Assembly: GCA_032718475.1 (NCBI GenBank)
Contig: JAUCBJ010000090.1
Location: 1 to 64,000, forward strand
Direction: 5' to 3'
Length of the DNA: 64,000 bases
Source of the DNA: Nemertoderma westbladi
Lineage: Eukaryota > Animalia > Xenacoelomorpha
This document shows, in pieces, positions 50,263 through 60,515 of the stretch. Within the stretch, counting starts at the first letter, position 1; the number at the start of each line of letters is the position of its first letter. The position numbers were made by a program, and so were the translations under genes. The notes under the pieces are model-generated. The model was not told the DNA's origin, did not search any database, and saw nothing but the letters and a program-made list of their open reading frames with translations.

Positions 50263-51519
50263 CGCGAGTTGAATATTTTTTGGATTTATTTAAAATGATT
50301 ATTCCGATATTACTACTGGGTGCGGGAACATGGGTTTTGGGCACACTCGATGGACTGGGGGCGATTTATGGGCGAATATTGGGGTGACTTATGGGGTACG
50401 GGACTCATGTCATGTATATAAGGGCCAGGGGGGGAAGACAAAGTTAAGCAGTATTCAGGTTTACCTGATTACTATTAGGCCTAGCCAACTTCCTGCTGCC
50501 TGTAGAGGTGGATTTGGTAACTCGCTAGGTCTAAAGGACAAGGACTGCCCTTAGCGGTCCCTGGCCAACAGCAGTTATTACGAGCCTGAAAAGGACATCG
50601 GAAAGTCTGCTGCTTGTGTCAGGGATTTGCGACGGGAAACGATGACAGACCCCGTAGCCAAGCCGTACTGGTTCTCGATGATCGTTCCCTTCAGGGTTCG
50701 TGAGGGGTGGGACGGACACACGAAAGGGTCGACCGACTAACAGAGGAAGGGTTTGATGAGGACTGCCCTTAGCGGTCTCTGGTCAACTGAAATTATTACG
50801 AGCCTGAAAAGGACATCGGAAAGTCTGCTGCTTGTGCCAGGGATTTGCGACAGGAACCGACGACAGACCCCTTAGCCAAGCCGTACTGGTTCTCGATGAT
50901 CGAACCCTTCGGGGTTCGGGAGGGGTGGGACGGACACGCGAACGGGTCCACCGACATGACAGACTCCTAGCCAAGCCGTACTGGTTCTCGATGACCGATC
51001 CCTTCGGGGTTCGAGAGGGGTGGTACGGATACGCGACAGAGTCTACCGACTGGACCGACCCTTAGCCAAGCCGTACTGGTTCTCGATGATCGATCCCTTC
51101 GGGGTTCGGGAGGGGTGGTACGGACACGCAACAGGGTCGACCGACACCGACACTACGGCACCAAGACTAGGACCGAGGGAAAATCTGGGGAACATTAGTT
51201 AGGCTAAAATCTGAGCGAACAGTGGGTAATTAAATAATATACTGTAGGGATTTATATTGTCATGTATTATTATTGTGAATATTTGGTGTATATTGATTTG
51301 GGGAAGCCCAACTTATTCTCAATCAAGGTTCAACTGTAGGGAAGTTACATTAAAGAGTATATCCAACCAATGCAGCTTTTTCTCAACCGCAATCTTGCAT
51401 TTAAGAACGTATTCCTTCTCCACAATCAATATCCGGTGACTGGCCAGGATTCCATGGTCTGTAAAGTTCCGCCTCCAGCATCGGCGTTTTCCCCCATGGT
51501 GTCGGGAATAACGGCAACA
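50248..51519 (+). repeat. 3' LTR of element C (first ~12 bp and PPT missing), containing arrays of structured repeats
   Basis: Matches 38687 onward; ATTAAA at 51349-51354; ends ...CAACA followed by TSD TTCAA. Confidence 0.88.
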
Positions 51520-53374
51520 TTCAATACTTTGTGTTGTCCAGATAAGGAAATGCCACTGCCTGACTGCCTGACGGCTTATAGTCTACACTATAAACAAACG
51601 TACCCGGAGTGTCCTATACATAGAGATTAATTATCGAAGCCTAAAGCTAACGGACCTATTAACCACGTTACAACACAAATATACTGCATACAAACTAAAT
51701 TAACTTTCAGTAAAGCGCTGTACTCTAAACCCTAGATTAGATACTAGCACTTATACAACATATAACTTAAAGTTAAATATATGTGAACAGCTAAAAGAAC
51801 CACAGCATCTGCTGGAGTGAGCAGAGTATTTAGGCTTAATTATCCGATGCTAAAGAAATCACCAGTCTGTCCTATGCCAAGCAGTCCTGAAGTAGTACCC
51901 GGGTTAATTTAACTATTACGGTATGCATAACAAGCAGAATTACTGTAAGGAATAAACTTGGGGACATGAATGTTGCAAATTACTTGCATAAACTCTGAAT
52001 AATAAATATTACGCTACCCGTACAGACTATTCAAATAAAACACAGACCAAAATGCTGACAGACCACCGCCAAGCCAAAAATAAACCACAGTATATGCAGT
52101 CTCCAAAATGGTTAGTTAGTAAGCGATCTAGACTACATAGTACGACTTATTCTTTCGTGGGGGATTTACCTTACAACTTTGGAAGCCTCCACTGCCTAAC
52201 TAGCACTTTATTGGAAAAATAACCTACACACACTGTAATCCACATCAGACCTAACAACAATCAGACAATAATTCAGCCTATAAGTTACTTTTACAATCCG
52301 AGCAGGTTTACACACCTTCTGCTCAATACTACACTTACCGGTAAATAAAGCCATCAGAAATAAGTAAACCATACAAGGAGTAAGGGTGATCAATCCCTGA
52401 TCCTCTAACAGCCTACAATATCCCGGTACAATATTTCACAATCGAAGTAATACTGCTATAAGGTACCGGTTTGGCACTACTAAGCCTACAGTTTACCGTC
52501 AGACCCGTACGTTAGGGTTTATTGCCTACTGAGCAATAAATGAAAAAATCTAATAATGTTCTACCAGAACATTAGCAAAATCTATTAATGTTTGCGCTTT
52601 TAGACCTTTAACAGTTTAACCTGCTAATTTAAGTGTCTTATGAATCGACTATTGCCCGTACTAATTGACATCATCTGAAACCAGTCTAGCGCAGCGTATG
52701 ACCCACGGGTGTGGGAGACTGGATTCGGTTCTAGAGAAGTATTGCAGTAGGCTACTTTGTATTATTCGATTGATCACTACTATATAATTTCCGACAACTA
52801 TATTTACTTTCGGGGAAATATTAACAGTTCCTTTGGGACGTGGCGCTTTAAGTATCAAGCTGAGTTATGACTAACACTAATTACAACTAGTGGCAATAAG
52901 ATAACGCAAATGGCACATTCTTTAGGAATGCTTTATTAACCTTCACACTAACTTTATACACTAATATTCACACTAATGCACACTGATTTGCCGACTGTCA
53001 CTGATTTTAATCATATATAAGGAGGATTGCAACTCACATACATTGGGATTATGAAATAGCATTTAATTCACACAAACCACTATAAATTGAGCCACAATTG
53101 CTACTGATACACCCTTCTGCTTACCTCAGTAATTAAGAAAGTCAAGGGGGATTTTACGATTATTCATCAGTATTCTCCAAATATAACATCCATTAATATA
53201 AACACCAATTAACAATAGTATAAAACAATGTATTAGAAAGCAGTGCGGTGAAATGAGTATGAATAGTTTAGTATGAGCATGAAATGAGTCGTTAATAGAT
53301 TCGTGTTCTTATGACTCTAGGTCACTGATGTTAGGGCAAAGTCTGAAATTAAGAATGTCAGTATGAATTCTGAA

Positions 53375-53460
53375 TGAATGAATTCTCCGAATTTTGCCGC
53401 ATTGCGTCATCTCTTATAGGCCACTGTAAACAGAAGAAGGGAGATCGCTCTGATTGGCTG
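53375..53460 (-). promoter_or_regulatory. Possible Pol II core promoter pointing leftward
   Basis: Minus strand reads AGCCAATCAG, then CTATAAGAG ~35 nt later, then TCATTCATTC; TATA-to-Inr spacing (~39 nt) is longer than canonical. Confidence 0.3.
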
Positions 53461-53671
53461 AAATATATGTCAACAAAGCAGATTCCTCACACAAAGGAAC
53501 AGCTGGTAGATTTTGTCATTCCAACTCTGAGTTTTTTTACAGACACGTAGTTGTACAATTATATGCCTTTTAGAGTATTTAGCGCATTGTGCAAATGACT
53601 TATTTTGTCCGCAAAAGCTTTTACAAAGCGCTTGAACTATATGTACTAATGATAAACGTTCTATACGAGTG

Positions 53672-54918
53672 GTTATGGGTAACACCTACGCGTAGTTATG
53701 GGTAGCCCCTACGCGTAGTTATGGGTAACATCTACGCGTAGTTATGGGTAGCCCCTACGCGTAGTTATGGGTAACACCTACGCGTAGTTATGGGTAGCCC
53801 CTACGCGTAGTTATGGGTAACATCTACGCGTAGTTATGGGTAGCACCTATGCGTAGTTATGGGTAGCCCCTACGCGTAGTTATGGGTAGCACCTACGCGT
53901 ATTTATGGGTAGCACCTACGCGTGGTTATGGGTAGCACCTACGCGCAGTTATGGGTAGCCCCTACGCGTAGTTATGGGTAACACCTACGCGTAGTTATGG
54001 GTAGCACTTACGCGTAGTTATGGGTAGCACCAACGCGTGGTTATGGGTAGCACCTACGCGTAGTTATGGGTAGCCCTTACGCGTAGTTATGGGTAACACC
54101 TACGCGTAGTTATGGGTAGCACCTTCGCGTAGTTATGGGTAGCACCAACGCGTGGTTATGGGTAGCACCTACGCGTAGTTATGGGTAACACCTACGCGTA
54201 GTTATGGGTAGCACCTACGCGTAGTTATGGGTAGCACCTACGCGTAGTTATGGGTAACACCTACGCGTAGTTATGGGTAGCACCTACGCGTAGTTATGGG
54301 TAGCCCCTACGCGTAGTTATGGGTAGCACCTACGCGTATTTATGGGTAGCACCTACGCGTGGTTATGGGTAGCACATACGCGTAGTTATGGGTAGCCCCT
54401 ACGCGTAGTTATGGGTAACACCTACGCGTAGTTATGGGTAGCACCTACGCGTAGTTATGGGTAGCACCAACGCGTGGTTATGGGTAGCACCTACGCGTAG
54501 TTATGGGAAGCCCTTACGCGTAGTTATGGGTAACACCTACGCGTAGTTATGGGTAGCACCTTCGCGTAGTTATGGGTAGCACCAACGCGTGGTTATGGGT
54601 AGCACCTACTAGTAGTTATGGGTAGCCCCTACGCGTAGTTATGGGTAACACCTACGCGTAGTTATGGGTAGCACCAACCCGAGGCTATGGGTAGCCCCTA
54701 CGCGTAGTTATGGGTAATACCTACGCGTAGTTATGGGTAACACCTACGCGTAGTTATGGGTAGCTCCTACGCGTAGTTATGGGTAGCCGCTACGCGTAGC
54801 TATGGGTAACACCTACGCGTAGTTGTGGGTAGCACCTATGTACCCGAGGATATGGGTAGCACCTACGCGTAGTTATGGGTAGCAACTACGCGTATTATGG
54901 GTAGCACCTACGCGTAGT
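53672..54918 (+). repeat. 23-bp minisatellite, about 54 units
   Basis: GTTATGGGTA(G/A)C(A/C)CCTACGCGTA tandem array; the 10-bp palindrome CTACGCGTAG recurs once per unit. Confidence 0.97.
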
Positions 54919-56152
54919 TTGCATACATAGGACCTGTTCAGCATAGTTACAGTATAAACGTCAGCGTTTGCGAAATAAATATTTTCTAACAAATCAGGAC
55001 GAACGTAACCAAGTTTGCAATGGAGACACGTACTGCGGTAGTTAATATTTTTCGCCATAAAACCAACTTAAAAGCGTTCACATGGCCCACTAAAATAATC
55101 TCAAATCGTACGACTTTTGCCCTAGATACGATGCGACTATGGGCAAGTCGAACTACACTATATTTATAAATGTATTTATTATTAGAGTTAGTTCACAAAT
55201 ATGTCCGCTCCTGTCCCAGACGGTTGATCAGAGTAACCGAAGCTCTAGCACTGTACTGGATATTATAAGAATAACAAAGGCCTACCAGCATTTGCAACAG
55301 TAGGTGGTAAATATTAAAATTTTTATGAATTTTAAATTGAAATAATTTTTATAAATTTTAAATTTATTAAAAAAAATTTGAATTATGGACGAATATTAAT
55401 TTGTTATAAACTGTCGATAAGATTATATTTACAAAATCTCGAAAATGTTAATTTTAATTTCATAATTGGGTTATTTGGTTTTTAGTTCATATTTAGTTCC
55501 ATTAATTTAGTTTATAGTTTTGGTTAGAATAATGCGCCACTGTAATATGTTCCTTTCCATTAATCAATATTTTAAAGACTATTTGGGATACTACAGTATG
55601 TTCGTCTCCATTTACATTCCTCATTCTACAATGCTCTTAGATTTTAATCTTATTATTGTACTTTGAACTTATAACTACAATACTCACTATTTACACGCCT
55701 TTGTTGAAGTAAATAGCAATTGATATTAATTTTGCAGCGATAACGTGGCATTCCATTGGAGTATCAGGAGATTATTGTTTACGAATACCTATAACTACTT
55801 TACACAATGTCCTGGAATCCATATTTTTCTGCAAATTACAATACAGTATAATTGATAGCTAAAAATATCAAAAATAATTTTCATGAAATTTTTTGCTAAA
55901 TAGTTTGTTATTAAAAAGCATCACCCTGTGTGATATAACATCCGTTATAAATTATTTAAAAAGCGTTTTACTATTTTATTATCGCCACCTTCAAAGCAGA
56001 ACCCCCTAAGTCGATTTTTGTATTTCTGAGATAATCGATAAAAACTGTTTATTTTTTAGAGAGATGCCTCAGTTTACTTGTTATTGTGTTTTTGACAAAT
56101 AAATATATATAGAATTCATATAACAAAACATTATATTTAATTTAGAATCACC

Positions 56153-56346
56153 TTTGAAATATATTGCGGTATTTTTGTAAAAATTTGGACTTATGGTGTT
56201 TTGCCAAAACAAGGGGGACACCGTTTTCTGGTATTATCCCGTAACTATACGATAGTTGCGGGGTATTGCCTAGAAAACAAGGCATCCTCAATTAGGCAAA
56301 ACACCATAAGTCCGAATTTTTCCAAAAACACGCAAAATATATCAAA
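56153..56346. mobile_element. Fully palindromic ~190-bp MITE-like element
   Basis: AAAAATTTGGACTTATGGTGTTTTGCC / GGCAAAACACCATAAGTCCGAATTTTT outer arms and inner CCCGTAACTAT-ACG-ATAGTTGCGGG arms; no TSD established. Confidence 0.6.
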
Positions 56347-56591
56347 TTATATCCAAGGCGTATCGTACGTCCTTAATAATTTAGTGCGTAGTGCGAACGT
56401 AATACATGTGCGCATTTGTTATTCGCTAATACGTGCTATCTAACATGTTAACTACTGTATATAGCATTTTACATTTAGTAGGCCTACTATAATATACATA
56501 CAGTATACACAGTAAATTATATTACGGTAGTAATTTATCTGCCTCATTTCAATAATAATGTATCTTATCACTTAAAAGCAAAACAGATATT

Positions 56592-57323
56592 ATGTTGAAT
56601 TTACCAGGAAACTTCTGCGTCGGATTATATACCTCCATTGTTATAATAATATTATTATCTTCTACCACTACAGCGCAATCTAAATGCAGTGTAGATTATG
56701 ATTGCTTCGGAGATGATGTATGTTGGTTCGGCCAATGTGTTGAATGTTCAACCAATTATGATTGTTTCGATGCAAATAAACCGTATTGTTATTTACAAGA
56801 ATGTATAGAATGTAGATTCAATTCTCAATGTTCCCTTGCAAGTAAACCTTATTGTTATTTACAAGAATGTGTTAAATGCAAAGATAATTATTGTGTGTCA
56901 TTCTTCGGCTATTCAATAGGTGTGGCAGTTGTAATTATCATCTTGCCAATATTGTGCTGCTGCTTCATAAGTATTTTCATATATCAAAAATCTCGCCAGC
57001 GCTCCCAGCTGACTCGGATACCTGTCGGGATGGTGACGTCATCAGCTGCTGCTACTTCCGGCTACATGGGGCCTGCGGCATATCCCGGAAGTCAACCACC
57101 CCCATACCCCGCCGGAAGTCAACCGCCCCCATACCCCACCGGAAGTCAACCAGCCCCATACCCCACCGGAAGTCAACCTGGTATAAACCGCATGGCTCCA
57201 TACCCAACTCAACCGGCACCCTACCCCACTCAACCTGCACCATACCCCATTGCAAGTCAACAACCCGCACCATATCCCACCGGAAGTCAACCTGGTCCAA
57301 ACCCACCTCCTTATCCTACATAA
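56592..57323 (+). CDS. Intronless type I membrane protein: signal peptide, ~3 Cys-rich repeats, TM with CCC, Pro/Tyr-rich tail with PPPY motifs (Shisa-like/WBP1-like architecture)
   Basis: Hydrophobic N-terminus; repeats of form C...DC....C..xC.EC (two share KPYCYLQEC); TM SIGVAVVIIILPILCCCFISIFIY; GSQPPPYP repeats. Confidence 0.8.
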   Translation: MLNLPGNFCVGLYTSIVIIILLSSTTTAQSKCSVDYDCFGDDVCWFGQCVECSTNYDCFDANKPYCYLQECIECRFNSQCSLASKPYCYLQECVKCKDNYCVSFFGYSIGVAVVIIILPILCCCFISIFIYQKSRQRSQLTRIPVGMVTSSAAATSGYMGPAAYPGSQPPPYPAGSQPPPYPTGSQPAPYPTGSQPGINRMAPYPTQPAPYPTQPAPYPIASQQPAPYPTGSQPGPNPPPYPT

Positions 57324-57649
57324 AATAAACCAGGGCCAGACGCCTCATCACCAAGTGCCCCTCCTCCAGCATGATTAACTGTAAAATTGTTTTGTTTTAT
57401 ATAAATTATTACAATATTAATATTACTATTAATTAAATACCAACATAATATACAATGAAATAGTAACGTTACAGTATGTATAATAATGAGTAAGCCTATT
57501 ATTTACACACAAAAAAACTATATGAAATCTCTATTTTAATGAACTGGAATTACATATAATAGATATTCATGTTCAGTTTACCAGTGATTGAAGTTTAGTC
57601 ATTTCGACAGATTTTTTAGTCATATTTATCATTATTATAAAAATTAGTT

Positions 57650-58477
57650 GTACGGTAATGAAGGTAGGACAATTCGAGAATTCCCCGTCTTACAAGTACG
57701 ACTACATTACAATAAACGCAGCATCCTAGTAACCGCCTTACTGGATACCGGAAGTTCGGGATCTTTCATCGACCAAGATCTTGCAGACGAACTATTTGAT
57801 GAGAATGACTGACATCCTATGAAACTAAACCTTTCTGGTGTGATGCAAATATGGCAATTGGTTATACAAACTCGTTATTACAAGGTCTCATTGTCCGACC
57901 CAGGAGATACAAATGAGGTATGTAAGCTGGATAATATCAAGATGGTCGCTATAAAGAACTTTGCGGAAAGTCAAGCCCCTATGTATGATTGGGATAGCAA
58001 TGACTTAAAACACAACAATATACCGAGATACCGACTCGATAGACAAGGAGTTCAACTGTTTATCGTACAGAACGCCCCGGAAGCCATAGAAATTTTAGAG
58101 AAATTCCCTAGTTCTCCTCCACCATTAACAACTTATGCTGGTAGAACCAGAATAGGATGGTTCTGCACCGGTCCATCCATAAACACCTTAAACGAAAGAA
58201 GAACGACTGACAAGATATCAATGAATAACATTCATTCCGAAAATCTGTCTATCAACTACATCCATTCCCATAAGGCTAACAAGATCATGGAAGCGGAGGA
58301 ATTCGTGGAGGGAGGATCCGATTTTGGTACTAAAATTTCAAAAATTTATGACTATAAGTCGAGTGACTCTAGCGATAATGACCTACCAACCTCTCGTTTC
58401 AACATGGACGATGCAACCACCATGTTAGAATATGGAGAATACACCCGTTATCTGTTAACAGGCGTGGCCCCTTTAAC
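57650..58477 (+). pseudogene. Element D (BEL/Pao): protease region, 5'-truncated (no gag or LTR seen)
   Basis: PVLQVRL...VTALLDTGSSGSFID at ~57695-57772 and YAGRTRIGWFCTGP in ORF 57819-58508. Confidence 0.75.
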
Positions 58478-60486
58478 TAGGGTTGGGACAAAGTGTACAT
58501 TTTCCTAAATACAAGTATTTGCAGGGGTATATCTTAGGCAAAATTAAGTGCAGATTTCGAATTTGGGGGACTTATTGACATATGACATCATTTTATGCCG
58601 GAACTGGGGGCATTTTGATGTGACCACTAAAATGTAAATAAATTTAAAAAAAATAAAGAAAATTCTGCAGATTTTAAGAGATATCAATGAAGAAATAACG
58701 ATAGTTGAAACGATTCATACATTTATTGCATAGGAAAATGCATTTTATTAAAGCACATATACACACATGGCCTACAATTAAACCAAAACACGTTGTGGGC
58801 CTTCGTGCAGCATGAGATGCGTTTGCATTGCCACACAAGGGACATACAGAGACAGTATATTCAAGAATCATTCCTATACAAGGCAGTTATCAACAACTGT
58901 TCTATGTTTTCCGTTTTTTTGTATTCTGGCTTCAACACCATCTTGATTTCGGCCATGAGGTCTATTAAATTAAAGTTCTGGAATTTGTATTTCCCATCGG
59001 TCTGCTTTACACGGCGTTTCTGTCGGATATCCGGAGCTACAGTCAAGCGTAAATATGCAATCTCAACCAGAAGTTGCTTTTCGTTCAGTTTATCCAGAAG
59101 TTCTATAGAGGAAGAAGTGACTGGCCCTTGGTGTCTTTTACAATCCTCCAAAACCAGCCGCAGTCGTTTCATCTTCTGTTGCTTGAGTTATCCTTTCTTT
59201 TTTAGTGCCAATGCCTTACTCATTTTAACTTTCATCAGGAATTCCGTTTCTACTTTTTTTGTTTTTTTCACTGCTTTGCTGCTTCTAGCCCATTTCCATT
59301 TTTTTCATTTTTCAACCTCGCTAAGTTGAATAAACTCAACTTTCTCTAGGAACTTGTTTGTTGCGACAATTGATTTACGGGAGTGAGTTTTCACTGTAGT
59401 CATCCCTCCAGAAACTTTCAGCTGATTGTCCAGAGTTGCAAAACGCGATTCACAACCCAAGTTAGTCAAAGGTGCATGACTCAATTTTTCAGTATCCATA
59501 GTTGTCTCATCGTTAAAAAAGTAGTCTACCTGACTAAGTTGTCGATTAAAGGCATTGTTCACTTACTCAAGCACTGATCCTATTAATTGCGCCTTTCCAG
59601 TTATCTTACTCCCAAATCGTTCTCTCAGAGTTGCGAGTTTAGCTATCATATCTTTGAAAAACACCTTTGAAGCAGACCAATTACTAGACTGAGATTTTTT
59701 GTCAATTCCCAGGAATGTCATAATAGGAAATATCACTATCTCACCGATTAATGAGTAAACTTCGACAGCACATTGAAACCAGTCGTGAAAACAGTTTTGC
59801 TATTGCAATTAAACCAAGGGTCAAAATACTGGAAGAACTATTTCTCACAATGTTTCCACATTCGATCAGTTTATCAATACCAATTCGTCGTTCAGTATCT
59901 TTCAGCACCTTTTCTATTGCATTGTCTACTCCAAGGATGACGTGAGCACAACATTTCAAAGTTTTTTCTTTCTCTACGCCCAACGTTTCCAGCATTGTTT
60001 TACAATCACTGCCACGATCACTCATCCAAAAGTCGACATGCTCCATAATTTCTTCAACAGAACTATCTGTCAATAGGGCAAGGCATGTCAGTTTTAATTC
60101 GTATGCTTTAGCAGCATCTTCCCCTGAATGAGAGAGATTCTCGATATAACCAGTGGTATATGTTTCTCGATTAGTTGAGGGTCCAGCAATCGTAATATAA
60201 TCTGTTTTAATATTGAACACCTTGTGACCTGCGGCCTTTGTTGTATCATCAATTCCTATTGTGACAGCATCATCATCTTGTTTTCCAAGCAAATGACGTG
60301 CAACCACTTCTAAGTTTAGATATGAAGCATCTTCAAGATAGTTTAAAATTGACCTTCGGCTAGGCAAAATGTAGGAATAATCTACACACTTTCGATGGCG
60401 CTTCCCAACGTTATCACATTCATCATAATCGTCATCTTCACTACTATCTGACTCATTATCCTCAACATCTGGAGACATTCCCCATT
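58478..60486 (-). mobile_element. hAT-like DDE DNA transposon, one end only, transposase disrupted and 5'-deleted
   Basis: Left boundary TAGGGTTGGG interrupts the element D frame; transposase pieces GIDDTTK, WMSDRG, KCCAHVI (CxxH) and PLTNLGCESRF; subgroup not assignable by eye. Confidence 0.7.
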
Positions 60487-60515
60487 CTTGGTGTCTGAAT
60501 AACCATCCGTTAAAG

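Larger units (their letters stand above)
38675..51519 (+). mobile_element. Element C: near full-length BEL/Pao LTR retrotransposon with an extra ORF downstream of integrase
   Basis: Starts TGTTCGCGGTATT, ends AATAACGGCAACA; 5-bp TSD TTCAA (38670-38674 and 51520-51524); domain order gag-PR-RT-RNaseH-IN. Confidence 0.92.

Noticed and set aside
53672-54918. CRISPR array or telomeric repeat
   Set aside because: Head-to-tail 23-bp units with no spacers, interstitial position
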